64,000 nucleotides of DNA from Oscillospiraceae bacterium (GCA_017445385.1 JAFSUG010000001.1:80969-144968); one strand, 5' to 3'. Shown: positions 8,062 to 17,800, counted from the first letter of the stretch. Notes: a model not told the origin generated them from the letters alone. Translations and numbers: made by a program.

Positions 8062-9147
8062 TCAAACAAAGCGGATTTCCATTCCGCGCACGCGCAGCGG
8101 ATTGATCTCCAAAACGGCAACGTCGCCCTCCTTGAGTCCTTTGCCCGTAATATCGATCACGGTGTGCAGCATGCCCACGTGCCCGAGCACGCGGCAGGTC
8201 TGGTCGCCCACCTGAACGGTCAGCTTCTGCGGATGAAGCAAGCCCTTTACCCCGTGCAGGATCGTGCGCAGATAGTCGCGCGCGCGGTAAACGTCGTTGC
8301 CGTATTCGAGCGTATAGCCGTGGAACCAGCCAACGGGGATCACAGCGATCTGCGTTGGCTTTTTCGCTTTCCAAGCCGAGCCGTAGCCGGTTGTGCTGCC
8401 CTTCGGCAGCCAGCGGACTTCCTCGATCTGCGAGCGGCAGTAGCCCGTGCGCTTCAGTCCGCTTCGGAAGGCAACGCGCCCGAGCAGCGCCGAACCGACG
8501 CGCACGCCGTCCATCCGAAGCTCCGGCATTCTGAGCAGCGCCGAAGAGTTGCACGCGTGCACCTCGCCTGGCGTAAAGCCTCTTGCAACGATCGCGTCTG
8601 CAACGGATTTGAGCGCCTGCGCCTGCCTGCGCGTGCGTTTTTTACTGCAAAACGCGCAGGGGAAATGCGTATAGATTCCGCAGATTTCCATATCCTCAAG
8701 ATAGGCGTAGCAGGCAAGGATTTTTTCCGTTTCGTCGGGCAAAAAGCCGTAGCGCCCCATGCCCGTATCAATTTTCAGATGCGCTTTTGCGCGGATCGCA
8801 AGCTCGCGCGCGATGCCGGCAAGCGTAACCGCGTCATGCTCGCTCGCAACGGTGCAGATCACCTGCATCGTGATCAGCTTCGTCAGCTCCGCGCGGTCGC
8901 AGGTGGGGCGGAGCATTAAAATCTGCTCGTCCGGCGTACCCGTTTCGCGGAGCGTTTCCGCCTCGGAAACTTCGGTCACGGCAAAGCGGCTCAGCCCGTT
9001 TTCGCGGCAGATCCGCGCCAAATTTTGAACGCCCAGCCCGTAGCCGTCGCCCTTGACAACCGCCCAGATCGGCGCGTTTCCGGCTTTTTTCCGAATCAGC
9101 GCGATGTTATCGCGGATTGCTTCGGTCGAGATGATATATTCTCGCAT
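8062..9147 (-). CDS. alr: Alanine racemase family PLP enzyme
   Basis: 361 aa. The PLP-lysine context is WAVVKGDGYGLG. ...HLKIDTGMGRYGF... and the C-terminal beta domain ...VIPVGWFHGY... are present. Substrate specificity cannot be decided from sequence alone. Confidence 0.85.
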   Translation of the reverse strand: MREYIISTEAIRDNIALIRKKAGNAPIWAVVKGDGYGLGVQNLARICRENGLSRFAVTEVSEAETLRETGTPDEQILMLRPTCDRAELTKLITMQVICTVASEHDAVTLAGIARELAIRAKAHLKIDTGMGRYGFLPDETEKILACYAYLEDMEICGIYTHFPCAFCSKKRTRRQAQALKSVADAIVARGFTPGEVHACNSSALLRMPELRMDGVRVGSALLGRVAFRSGLKRTGYCRSQIEEVRWLPKGSTTGYGSAWKAKKPTQIAVIPVGWFHGYTLEYGNDVYRARDYLRTILHGVKGLLHPQKLTVQVGDQTCRVLGHVGMLHTVIDITGKGLKEGDVAVLEINPLRVRGMEIRFV

Positions 9148-9151
9148 GCGC

Positions 9152-10108
9152 TCACTTCTTTCCTCTGTTTTTCAGCAGATATGCGCGTCTGCGCAGCTCC
9201 TTGAAAAGCGACGTGCCTTTTTCAACCATCGTATAGAATGCCGGACTGACCACGTAGTCCATTTCGCCGATAAACTCGGTGAAATCGCCGCCGAAGCCCT
9301 TTTTGAAGCGGTAGAGTCCGTAAAGCGGGTTGTCCTCGCTCACGTCGCCGGATACGCCGCGGAAATCATAGATGCGGCAGCCGGTTTCAATCGCCCATTG
9401 GATCATGTTCCACTGCAGCAGGTAGTTCGGCATCAAATTGCGATGCTCGTTGGAGCTTGCGCCGTAGAGGTACCAGACTTTATCGCCGTAGTGGATCGCA
9501 AGCGTGCCGGCAATCGGTACGCCTTCGGAAAACGCCATGTAGAGCCGCGCGTGCTCGCCGAGGTTGCGCAGCAGATTTCGGAAATATTCCGGCTGCCGCG
9601 TTACAAAGCCGTCGCGCACGCCGGTTGTCAGCATGAGATCGGCAAATGCCGGCACCATCTCTTCGCCGCAGATGCGGACTTCCACGCCCTTTTTCTGCGC
9701 AACACGGATGTTGTAGCGCCATTTCTGGTGGAATCCGGCGAGGATTTCCTCTTCCGTTTTGCCTTCAACGTTCAGCCGGAAAACGTACTTCGGCTGGATC
9801 GCCTCAAAGTTTTTGCCGCCGGATTTCAGCCGGAAGCCGTAGTCCTTCAGATACGATGCGAACTGCTCGTTTGAGGACGGAACGTCCGGATCGATCTTGA
9901 TCGCGTAGGCGTTGTACTCCTTTGCCAGCTCCTTCACGCCGTCCAGCAGCGCATAGAGCGTAGCTTTATCGTCCAGATCGCAAACCGGCGCGCGGTTGCC
10001 GTAGATCAGCGTTTTTTTCGTATGCGGCACGGAGCGGATCAGCACGCTCATCGCGCCTTTTACCGCGCCGTCTTCGCCGCGCGCAAGCAGCGCTTCCCAT
10101 TTCCACAT
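9152..10108 (-). CDS. FemAB-family peptidoglycan interpeptide-bridge aminoacyltransferase (apparent frameshift; N-terminal 36 codons lie in another frame up to 10215)
   Basis: ...VLIRSVPHTKKTLIYGNRAPVCD...QPKYVFRLNV...KWRYNIRVAQKKGVEV...WYLYGASSNEHRNLMPNYLLQWNMIQWAIETGCRIYDFRGV...LYRFKKGFGG is the FemX/MurM family pattern. See the finding for the upstream frame problem. Confidence 0.85.
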   Translation of the reverse strand: MWKWEALLARGEDGAVKGAMSVLIRSVPHTKKTLIYGNRAPVCDLDDKATLYALLDGVKELAKEYNAYAIKIDPDVPSSNEQFASYLKDYGFRLKSGGKNFEAIQPKYVFRLNVEGKTEEEILAGFHQKWRYNIRVAQKKGVEVRICGEEMVPAFADLMLTTGVRDGFVTRQPEYFRNLLRNLGEHARLYMAFSEGVPIAGTLAIHYGDKVWYLYGASSNEHRNLMPNYLLQWNMIQWAIETGCRIYDFRGVSGDVSEDNPLYGLYRFKKGFGGDFTEFIGEMDYVVSPAFYTMVEKGTSLFKELRRRAYLLKNRGKK

Positions 10109-10351
10109 GGGTTTCTGCTTGCCCCATAAAACGCTCTGGGCAAATTGCCCTTGGGATGGCGCTGCAAAAACGCTTCAAATTCATTCAGATTTTCCGGCGT
10201 CACACGCTCAATCATAAACTGTTCCTCGCTTCCGGCTGTATAATCTATATTAGTTTACCACATTTGACAAAAGGTTGCAATGCCGCCTTGCTTTTTCGGG
10301 ATAGATTCGCTATACTGTTTTTGACTTTATTCGACAAGGAGGAATACGCCC

Positions 10352-11428
10352 ATGGAAAAGGACGTATCCCAACTGAAAAGCGTTTTGCAGGTACTTCCCG
10401 TCCCCTCGTTTTTCACCGATGGGGAAACCGTAACCTGGAGCAGCGACGCCTGCCGCCGTTTGCCGCTGCGCGTCGGCGATCCGATTGCGCCGCTGCTGGG
10501 AAAGAGCCTTCCGCTCTTCCGCGAGCGGACGGACGGCGTTACGGCGTGCCTGCCGGTCGGCATCGGCGCATCGCAGTTTGAGGCTACGATCCGCCGTGTC
10601 GGAGAAGAAGACCTGTTTTTCCTCACCGCCGCATCATCCGATGATACGGCAACACTGCGCGCCGTTGCGGCCGGACTGCGGCCGGCGCTCGATGAGCTTG
10701 TGGGCGCAGGGGGAAAGCTGCTGCCTTATCTGGAGGAGCAGGAGGACGCGAAGATTCAGTCTTGGACGTCTTCCGTTTCCCACGCCGCGTTCCGGCTGCT
10801 TCGCGCCGTCGGCGCGCTGCAGTTTTACGATCGCATCGCATCGCGTCCGTCAAGCGGCGCATTCCGCCAGACGGATCTTTGTGAAACGCTCGAAGCGCTT
10901 TGCAGCCGCGCCAAGGATATGCTGGGCGACAGCCGCATCACGCTGAATTATAAGCTGCCGGAAAAAACCGTGATCGCCTGCGTAGACCGCCAGGCGCTGG
11001 AATACGCGGTGCTGCACCTGATCGCAAACGCCGCCGCCCACTGCGGCGACAGCCGCGAGATCGCATTGCAGGCAGCCGCCTCCGGCAGATGGCTCCGCAT
11101 CCGCGTGAGCGATTCGGGCGGCGCTGCCGAGCAGGACGCGCTGGCAACCGCGTTTTCGCGCTATCAGCATCCCGGCGCTTCCGATTCGGGCATCGGGCTT
11201 GGGCTTCCCATCGCGCGCGCCGTTGCGCAGCAGCACGGCGGCAGTTTGCTGCTTGAGAGCAGCGAGCAGGGGACAAGCGCCGTTATGACGGTGGACCTTA
11301 CGATCTCGCAGCCGCCCGAGCTGCACGATCAGCTGGTGGAATACGCCAGCGGCTACGATCCCGCGCTGATTATCCTTTCCGCGGTGCTTCCGCCGGAAAC
11401 GTTCGATTCCCGAAACGTGGATTTGTAA
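10352..11428 (+). CDS. Soluble orphan histidine-kinase-like protein (PAS-like N-terminus, HATPase_c)
   Basis: 358 aa with no TM segment. Candidate H-box is SVSHAAFRLL. The N-box is HLIANAAAH, G1 is VSDSGGA and G2 is GIGLGLPIARAVAQQHGG. The promoter is TTGCTT, 17 nt spacer, TATACT just upstream. Confidence 0.7.
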   Translation: MEKDVSQLKSVLQVLPVPSFFTDGETVTWSSDACRRLPLRVGDPIAPLLGKSLPLFRERTDGVTACLPVGIGASQFEATIRRVGEEDLFFLTAASSDDTATLRAVAAGLRPALDELVGAGGKLLPYLEEQEDAKIQSWTSSVSHAAFRLLRAVGALQFYDRIASRPSSGAFRQTDLCETLEALCSRAKDMLGDSRITLNYKLPEKTVIACVDRQALEYAVLHLIANAAAHCGDSREIALQAAASGRWLRIRVSDSGGAAEQDALATAFSRYQHPGASDSGIGLGLPIARAVAQQHGGSLLLESSEQGTSAVMTVDLTISQPPELHDQLVEYASGYDPALIILSAVLPPETFDSRNVDL

Positions 11429-11473
11429 ATAACGAAAAAACCGAGCAGCAAGACATCCTTGCTGCTCGGTTTT

Positions 11474-12676
11474 TTATCGGTCTTCCACTTGCTCCATCAA
11501 AACGGTGTCGATGTCAAGCCAGTTGCCGCCGCGGTAAACGGTCAGCGTAACGGTTTCGCCTGCCGAATACTGGCTTTTGATCGCGCGCAGGGAATCTACG
11601 CCCGTTACGGTTTCGCCGTTGACCGCCGTGATGATATCGCCTTTTTGCAAGCCCTTTTCCGCCGCATCGGAGCGGGCGGAAACAGCGGTTACGTACGCGC
11701 CCTGCGGCAGCCCATAGTAAACGCGAACCGTATGCGGCAGGTCTTCCGCGGCGATCCCGAGCGAGGGGCGTCCGGATACGTAGCCGCGTTCGATCAGCTC
11801 ATCGATGATCGGCTTTGCCGTAGAGATCGGGATCGCAAAGCCGATGCCCTCAACGGAAACCGAGCTGAGCTTTACGGCGTTGACGCCGATGATCTGCCCG
11901 TAGCAATTGATCAGCGGACCGCCGGAATTGCCGTTATTCAGCGCGGCGTTCGTTTGGATCAGATTCATTTTTCTGCCGTTTACGGTCAGATCTCGGCTGA
12001 TGCCGGAAATGATGCCGTTCGTCATCGTGCCTTTCAGGTTCGAGCCGAGCGGACTGCCGATCGCAACGGCGAGATCGCCCACCTGCAGGCTGTCGCTGTC
12101 GCCGAATTCCGCGCTCTTTAAGCCCTCGGCGTCAATTTTCAAAACGGCAAGATCGCTTGCGATGTCCGAGCCGATCAAAGCCGCGTCGTAAACCTGATTG
12201 TCCGCCGCCAAAACGGAGAGATAAAGCCCGTTTTCCACAACGTGGGCGTTCGTGATGATGTAGCCGTCGGAAGAGAGGACGATCCCCGTTCCGAGCGCAG
12301 TGCCGGTGTAGGTTTTCGCCGTGATCGTCACAACGCTGTCGATCACTTTTTTGTAGATCTCCTGCAAGCTGAGCGCGCCGGGCGCATTGCTTGCGATGTT
12401 ATCTGCACCTTGCGGAGAAGGGGAGATCGGAAGCGTCTGCCCGCTGCCGAAAACCGGTTGCGGCGCATCGGGCGGCGGCATGAGCGCATCGTCCGGCGGT
12501 GTTCCGTAAGAAACCGTAACGCTGTGGTCGGTCGTATGGAAGGAGATCGGCAGAAATGCGATTGCAAGCGCGATGACTGCCGCGATCGCCGGCAAAAGGA
12601 GCCACCATAGCCGTTTCTTTTTCTTCGGCGGTTCGATCTGCTCGGGCAGAGAGTCCGGGTTTTCTTCAATATACAA
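11474..12676 (-). CDS. htrA: HtrA/DegP-family (S1C) serine protease with N-terminal TM anchor and PDZ domain
   Basis: 400 aa. ...ITNAHVV...DLAVLKI...TNAALNNGNSGGPLIN... covers the catalytic His/Asp/Ser contexts. The C-terminal PDZ is (GDIITAVNGETV). Confidence 0.9.
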   Translation of the reverse strand: MYIEENPDSLPEQIEPPKKKKRLWWLLLPAIAAVIALAIAFLPISFHTTDHSVTVSYGTPPDDALMPPPDAPQPVFGSGQTLPISPSPQGADNIASNAPGALSLQEIYKKVIDSVVTITAKTYTGTALGTGIVLSSDGYIITNAHVVENGLYLSVLAADNQVYDAALIGSDIASDLAVLKIDAEGLKSAEFGDSDSLQVGDLAVAIGSPLGSNLKGTMTNGIISGISRDLTVNGRKMNLIQTNAALNNGNSGGPLINCYGQIIGVNAVKLSSVSVEGIGFAIPISTAKPIIDELIERGYVSGRPSLGIAAEDLPHTVRVYYGLPQGAYVTAVSARSDAAEKGLQKGDIITAVNGETVTGVDSLRAIKSQYSAGETVTLTVYRGGNWLDIDTVLMEQVEDR

Positions 12677-12695
12677 TTCAGATCGCTCCTTTCCG

Positions 12696-14123
12696 TTATT
12701 TCACTGCCGGCATGGTGAAGGTGAAGGTGGTTGCGCCGTCGCGGCTTTCCACCCAGATATCCTCGCCGTGCGAGCCAATGATGGTTTTTACGATGTAAAG
12801 TCCCAAGCCGACGCCGCTCGGATCCCGGCTGCGGCTCTTATCGAGCTTATGAAAGCGGTCAAAGATGCGCGGCAGCTCGTCCGGCGGGATCACAGGTCCC
12901 GTATTTCGCACGGTCACAAGCGCCTTGTCGCCCTCGCGCCGCAGCCCGACCGTGAGGAAGCCGCAATCGTTGCAGAATTTTACGGCGTTGTCGATCAGAT
13001 TATAGATCACCTGCGTAACGGCGTCCTGGTAGGCAAGCGTATAGATCGGCTTTTCCGGCAGGTCAACCTGCACCTCCAGATGCTTTTTCTCTGCCTGCTG
13101 CTCAAAGGAAAGCAGCACTTTCGTAAGCGCTTCGCCCAGATCGAAGCGGCTTTTCTTGCTTTCATCCAGCCGCTCGGACTGCATTCTTGAAAGCTCCAGC
13201 ATACTCCGCACGAGGCGGCTTAACCGCCGCACCTCATCGGCGACGATCCGCATATAGCGCGGATGCGATTCCGAAGGGATCGTGCCATCGAGCATACCGT
13301 CCATATAGCCGGCGATCGTCGTCATTGGCGTTTTCAGCTCATGGCTGACGTTCGCAATGAAGTCCTGCCGCCGCTGATCGGCGCTTTGCAGCGTATCCGC
13401 CATGCTGTTGAATGCGGCAGCAAGCTCTTCCATTTCTTCGCTTCGGGAGCTGTCCGGCGCAATGCGCGCGCTCAGCTCGCCATGACCGAATTTCCGCACC
13501 GTTTCGGAAAACTCCCGAATCGGGCGGATCTCGCGGCGGCTGAGGAAGTAGGTTGCCGCCAGCGCAACAAGAAAAACGAAAACCGCGCTGTAAAGGTACA
13601 CGCGGAACACGCCGCCGCCCATCTGCGCGGCGTTTGCCGCCGGCGCGGAAACGATCACCGCGCCAAGCGTTTTGCCGCTGTCCGATACGAGGCGAACGGC
13701 CTGCACTCTGCGTGTTTGCGCGTAGAGCTCAGGCAGGGAAGCGGTTGCGCTGTATGCGCCGTCTTCCAAAACGGTCTGCAGCCAATCGGCGTTCACCGTT
13801 AAGCCGATATGCTCGCAGGAAAACGCGTCCGTGCAGACTAAAATTTTGCCGCTCGTATCGCAGATTACGGCGTCCGCGCCGGAAACCTCGGAAGCGAGGC
13901 TCATGCTCATGCGGAAGTCCCAGCTGTTTTCCAGCTCACCTGCCGAGCCGTAGGCGCGCGATAGCTCCGCGATCGCGCCCGCGTTGCTCGAAAGCGTTTC
14001 GCTCTGGCGGGATTCCATATAGCGCTGCATTGCCATTCTGTATGCGCCGCCCGTTAAAAAAAGCGTGATCAGCAGCAGCGCGGAAATCAGCGCCATCTGC
14101 CTTGAAAACGCAGAGCGCATCAA
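12696..14123 (-). CDS. Membrane sensor histidine kinase (two TM, HAMP, HisKA, HATPase_c)
   Basis: 475 aa. The H-box is NVSHELKTPMTTI. ...NLIDNAVKF...RNTGPVIP...GVGLGLYIVKTII... is present. It overlaps the response regulator gene by 4 nt. Confidence 0.9.
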   Translation of the reverse strand: MMRSAFSRQMALISALLLITLFLTGGAYRMAMQRYMESRQSETLSSNAGAIAELSRAYGSAGELENSWDFRMSMSLASEVSGADAVICDTSGKILVCTDAFSCEHIGLTVNADWLQTVLEDGAYSATASLPELYAQTRRVQAVRLVSDSGKTLGAVIVSAPAANAAQMGGGVFRVYLYSAVFVFLVALAATYFLSRREIRPIREFSETVRKFGHGELSARIAPDSSRSEEMEELAAAFNSMADTLQSADQRRQDFIANVSHELKTPMTTIAGYMDGMLDGTIPSESHPRYMRIVADEVRRLSRLVRSMLELSRMQSERLDESKKSRFDLGEALTKVLLSFEQQAEKKHLEVQVDLPEKPIYTLAYQDAVTQVIYNLIDNAVKFCNDCGFLTVGLRREGDKALVTVRNTGPVIPPDELPRIFDRFHKLDKSRSRDPSGVGLGLYIVKTIIGSHGEDIWVESRDGATTFTFTMPAVK

Positions 14124-14800
14124 ACCACCTCGAATTTATAGCCTACGCCCCAAACGGTTTTCAGGCTCCATTGATCGGATACGTCTTCCAGTTTTTCGCG
14201 CAGCCGCTTGATATGCACGTCCACCGTGCGGCTGTCGCCGAAATAATCAAAGCCCCAGACTTCGTCTAAAAGCTGATTGCGCGTAAATACGCGGTTGGGC
14301 GAGGAGGCGAGGTGATACAGCAGCTCCATTTCCTTCGGCGGCGCTTCGAGCTTTTTGCCGTCAACGATCAGCTCGAAGGAGTCCATGTCGATCACGAGTT
14401 TGTCAAACGTCAGCCGGCGCGCCTCGCTCTTGGGCGCTGCGCCGCGGCGAAGCACCGCCTCAACGCGCGCTAAAACCTCGCGCATCTCAAAGGGCTTGGT
14501 AATGTAGTCGTCCGCGCCGTTTTTCAGCCCTGCCACTTTATCATCCAGCTCGCCCTTTGCCGTCAGCATAATCACGGGCGTCTGTCCCTGCTGGCGGATC
14601 GCGCGGCAAACGCCCCATCCGTCCAGAACGGGCAGCATCAGATCCAGCAGCACCAGATCCGGCTGCAGTTGGCTGAAAACCGTAACGGCTTCGCCGCCGT
14701 CATACGCGCAGACAACGTCATAGCCCTCTTTTTTTAAGTATAATTCCAGCAATTCGGAAATGTTGCGATCGTCTTCTACAACGAGAATCGTCTTTGCCAT
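14120..14800 (-). CDS. OmpR-family DNA-binding response regulator
   Basis: 226 aa. The receiver is (ILVVEDD...DLVLLDLMLP...MLTAK). The winged-helix output is (...RTVDVHIKRLREKL...VWGVGYKF). Confidence 0.93.
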   Translation of the reverse strand: MAKTILVVEDDRNISELLELYLKKEGYDVVCAYDGGEAVTVFSQLQPDLVLLDLMLPVLDGWGVCRAIRQQGQTPVIMLTAKGELDDKVAGLKNGADDYITKPFEMREVLARVEAVLRRGAAPKSEARRLTFDKLVIDMDSFELIVDGKKLEAPPKEMELLYHLASSPNRVFTRNQLLDEVWGFDYFGDSRTVDVHIKRLREKLEDVSDQWSLKTVWGVGYKFEVV

Positions 14801-14861
14801 AACCGTCCGCCTCCTTCTATGATTGGTTTCATTATATCGCCAAATTGTTCAATAGGAATGA

Positions 14862-14897
14862 ACATTTTGTAAAAAAAGCCGCATTGAGAGAACTCAA
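14862..14897 (-). terminator. Intrinsic terminator after rsmG (overlaps its last codons)
   Basis: On the reverse strand: AAGCCGCtTTGAGttctCTCAAtGCGGCTT followed by TTTTTTT. Confidence 0.5.
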
Positions 14898-15586
14898 AGC
14901 GGCTTTTGTTTGATTTTTGCAAAGGTTCTGGGGTATGCGATCGGCGTTGGCGCGGTTTTTCGGATCAATACGGCGTAGTGCGCCGCGCCGCCGACCTCGT
15001 AGGCGGAAACGGTTTCCACCTTGCCGCCGAGCGTTCGGATCGCGCGTTCGGCTTCGGCGATTTCCGCGTCCGCCTGCGCGCCCTTCATCGCGATAAACGC
15101 GCCGCCCACTTTTACAAGCGGAAGGCAAAGCTCCGCAAGCACGTTCAGCCGCGCAACCGCGCGCGATACGGCAAAATCGAATGCTTCGCGGTGATCGCGC
15201 GCGTAATCCTCCGCGCGCGCCGTAACGACCTGCGCATCTACGCCGAGGTTCGGCAGCGTTTCGCGCAGCCACGCCATGCGCTTGCCGAGCGAATCGAGCA
15301 GCGTCATGCGGATCGAAGGCTCCGCAATTTTCAGCACTACGCCGGGAAGTCCCGCGCCGCAGCCGACGTCAATCACGGCTTTTTGGGAGAAATCTGCGGC
15401 GGTCAGCAGCGTGAGCGAATCGAGAAAGTGCAGCGTTGCAACGCTCTCCGGCTCTCGGATCGCCGTCAGATTCATCACCTTGTTTTTCTCCAGCATCTGC
15501 TCGCCGTAGCGGCAGAGCGTATCGATCTGCCCGTCCGTAAGGGTGATCCCCAGCTCGGGCAGTCCTGCAATCAGTGTTTTTCTCAT
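14894..15586 (-). CDS. rsmG: 16S rRNA (guanine527-N7)-methyltransferase
   Basis: 230 aa. ...NKVMNLTAIREPESVATLHFLDSL...VIDVGCGAGLPGVVLKIA... is the RsmG/GidB family pattern. Confidence 0.92.
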   Translation of the reverse strand: MRKTLIAGLPELGITLTDGQIDTLCRYGEQMLEKNKVMNLTAIREPESVATLHFLDSLTLLTAADFSQKAVIDVGCGAGLPGVVLKIAEPSIRMTLLDSLGKRMAWLRETLPNLGVDAQVVTARAEDYARDHREAFDFAVSRAVARLNVLAELCLPLVKVGGAFIAMKGAQADAEIAEAERAIRTLGGKVETVSAYEVGGAAHYAVLIRKTAPTPIAYPRTFAKIKQKPL

Positions 15587-15588
15587 GT

Positions 15589-17553
15589 CTACCCCTCGCC
15601 GCGCAGCTGCACGATCTGATCGCGCAGAACGGCGGCATATTCGTATTCCATCATCTTTGCGGCCTGTTTCATCTGCTTTTCCAACTTCGCAATGGCGATT
15701 TCGCGCTCTTTCTTCGTCATCTTTACGCCGTGCTTCGTAACCTCGGCGGCGTCTCTGGAAATTTCGATCAGATCATGTACGGGCTTTACGATCGTCTTTG
15801 GCTCAATGCCGTGCGCCTTGTTGTAAGCGTCCTGAATCTCGCGGCGGCGCGCCGTTTCGTCCATGGCGTTTTTCATCGCCGGCGTGATGGAATCGGCGTA
15901 GAGGATAACCGTGCCTTCCGCGTTTCTCGCGGCGCGTCCGATCGTCTGAATCAGCGACGTTTCGCTGCGCAGGAAGCCCTCTTTGTCCGCGTCGAGGATC
16001 GCAATCAGGCTCACCTCGGGAAGGTCAAGTCCTTCGCGCAGCAGGTTGATGCCAACCAGCACGTCGAACTTTGCCATGCGCAGATCGCGGATGATCTCCA
16101 TGCGCTCCATCGCGCCGATGTCCGAATGCATATAGCGAACGCGGATGCCGTTCGTTGTGAGATACTCCGTGAGGTCCTCCGCCATTTTCTTCGTCAGCGT
16201 TGTAACGAGTACGCGCTGATCCTTTTCCGCGCGCGCGTTGATCTCGCCGATCAGATCGTCGATCTGCCCCTCTACCGGACGCACCTCCACCTTCGGATCG
16301 AGCAGTCCCGTCGGGCGGATGAGCTGCTCGGCGATCCAGCCGTCCGCATGTTCCTTTTCATAATCCGCCGGCGTTGCCGAAACGTACACCGTCTGCCCGA
16401 GCCGCTGCTCAAAGTCCGGGAATTTGAGCGGGCGGTTGTCGTAAGCCGAGGGCAGGCGGAAGCCGTATTCCACAAGCGCGTCCTTCCGGCTGCGGTCGCC
16501 GTTGTACATTGCGCGAACCTGCGGCAGCGTCACGTGGCTTTCGTCGATGAATGTGATGAAATCCTTCGGGAAGTAGTCCAAAAGCGTCATCGGCGGCGTT
16601 CCGGGCGCGCGTCCGGAAATCACGCGCGAATAGTTCTCAATGCCGGTGCAGTAGCCAAGCTCCTGCATCATTTCCATATCGTAGTTCGTGCGCTGCAAAA
16701 TGCGCTGCGCCTCCAAAAGCTTATCGTGCGCTTTGAAGTAGGCAACGCGCTCGTCCAGCTCGCGCTCGATTTCGCCGAGCGCCTGCTTCATCTTTTCCGA
16801 AGATACAACGTAGTGGCTCGCCGGATACACCGCAACGTGATCGAGTACGCGTGTGGGCATGCCCGTTACGGCGTTGATCTCGCTGATGCGGTCGATCTCG
16901 TCGCCGAAAAACTCAACGCGGATCGCCTTGCCTGCCCAGTAGGCAGGGTAGATCTCAACCGTGTCGCCGCGCACGCGGAACGTGTTTCGCTTGAAGTCCA
17001 CGTCGTTGCGCTCGTAGCGGATGGACGTCAGCGTTTTGAGCATCTCGTCGCGGTCGCGCTGCTGCCCCGCGCGCAGGGAGAGCACCATGTTTTTATAGTC
17101 GATTGGGTCGCCGAGTCCGTAGATACAGCTCACGGAGGCAACAACAATCACGTCCCGCCGCTCAAACAGGCTGGACGTTGCCGAGTGGCGCAGCCGCTCA
17201 ATTTCATCGTTGATCGATGCGTCTTTTTCTATATAAGTGTCCGTGTGGGCGATATACGCCTCCGGCTGATAATAATCGTAGTAAGAAACAAAATACTCAA
17301 CGGCGTTTTCCGGAAAGATTTCCCGAAACTCGCTGCAAAGCTGCGCCGCGAGCGTCTTGTTGTGGGCAAGCACCAGCGCCGGACGGTTCATCCGCGCGAT
17401 GACGTTTGCCATCGTAAACGTTTTGCCCGAGCCGGTTACACCGAGCAAAACCTGCTCGTGCCGTCCCTTTTCCAAGCCTTGTACAAGCGTGTCGATCGCC
17501 TGGATCTGATCGCCCATGGGCTGATAGGGTGCGTGAATCTCAAAATGATCCAT
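15589..17553 (-). CDS. uvrB: Excinuclease ABC subunit B
   Basis: [50 protein letters not shown]... is canonical UvrB. I trimmed the track ORF (start 17613) to the ATG at 17551-17553, which follows the stop of the upstream S4 gene. Confidence 0.96.
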   Translation of the reverse strand: MDHFEIHAPYQPMGDQIQAIDTLVQGLEKGRHEQVLLGVTGSGKTFTMANVIARMNRPALVLAHNKTLAAQLCSEFREIFPENAVEYFVSYYDYYQPEAYIAHTDTYIEKDASINDEIERLRHSATSSLFERRDVIVVASVSCIYGLGDPIDYKNMVLSLRAGQQRDRDEMLKTLTSIRYERNDVDFKRNTFRVRGDTVEIYPAYWAGKAIRVEFFGDEIDRISEINAVTGMPTRVLDHVAVYPASHYVVSSEKMKQALGEIERELDERVAYFKAHDKLLEAQRILQRTNYDMEMMQELGYCTGIENYSRVISGRAPGTPPMTLLDYFPKDFITFIDESHVTLPQVRAMYNGDRSRKDALVEYGFRLPSAYDNRPLKFPDFEQRLGQTVYVSATPADYEKEHADGWIAEQLIRPTGLLDPKVEVRPVEGQIDDLIGEINARAEKDQRVLVTTLTKKMAEDLTEYLTTNGIRVRYMHSDIGAMERMEIIRDLRMAKFDVLVGINLLREGLDLPEVSLIAILDADKEGFLRSETSLIQTIGRAARNAEGTVILYADSITPAMKNAMDETARRREIQDAYNKAHGIEPKTIVKPVHDLIEISRDAAEVTKHGVKMTKKEREIAIAKLEKQMKQAAKMMEYEYAAVLRDQIVQLRGEG

Positions 17554-17554
17554 T

Positions 17555-17800
17555 TTAATCCGCCAATTCCTTGTAGAGTCCGACTGCGTCGTCTTTGCGG
17601 ACTGCCTCCGCAACGTCCAGAACCTCCACGCGCACGGTGCGCTGGCCGAACTGAATCGTGATCCGATCGCCGACCTTTACGTCGTAAGACGCTCTTGCGA
17701 TTTTGTCGTTTACGAGGACGCGGCCGTTGTCGCAAGCCTCGTTCGCAACGGTGCGGCGCTTAATGAGCCGCGAAACCTTCAAATATTTATCGAGCCGCAT
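17555..17800 (-). CDS. S4-domain RNA-binding protein (YabO/RqcP, Hsp15-like)
   Basis: [47 protein letters not shown]... is the S4 motif. I trimmed the start to the MRLDKYL methionine. It sits in yabN-yabO-like synteny. Confidence 0.8.
   Translation of the reverse strand: MRLDKYLKVSRLIKRRTVANEACDNGRVLVNDKIARASYDVKVGDRITIQFGQRTVRVEVLDVAEAVRKDDAVGLYKELAD

Noticed and set aside
17554-17613. The supplied ORF track gives N-terminal extensions for uvrB. It also does so for relA to 26622, gdpP to 39064, hpt to 33874, the membrane protein to 60573, rnj from 38998, wzz from 40847 and DUF4330 from 30093.
   Set aside because: The extensions lack family similarity. They overlap upstream genes or terminators. 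They also ignore internal starts that have proper SD spacing and coincide with the conserved family N-termini.
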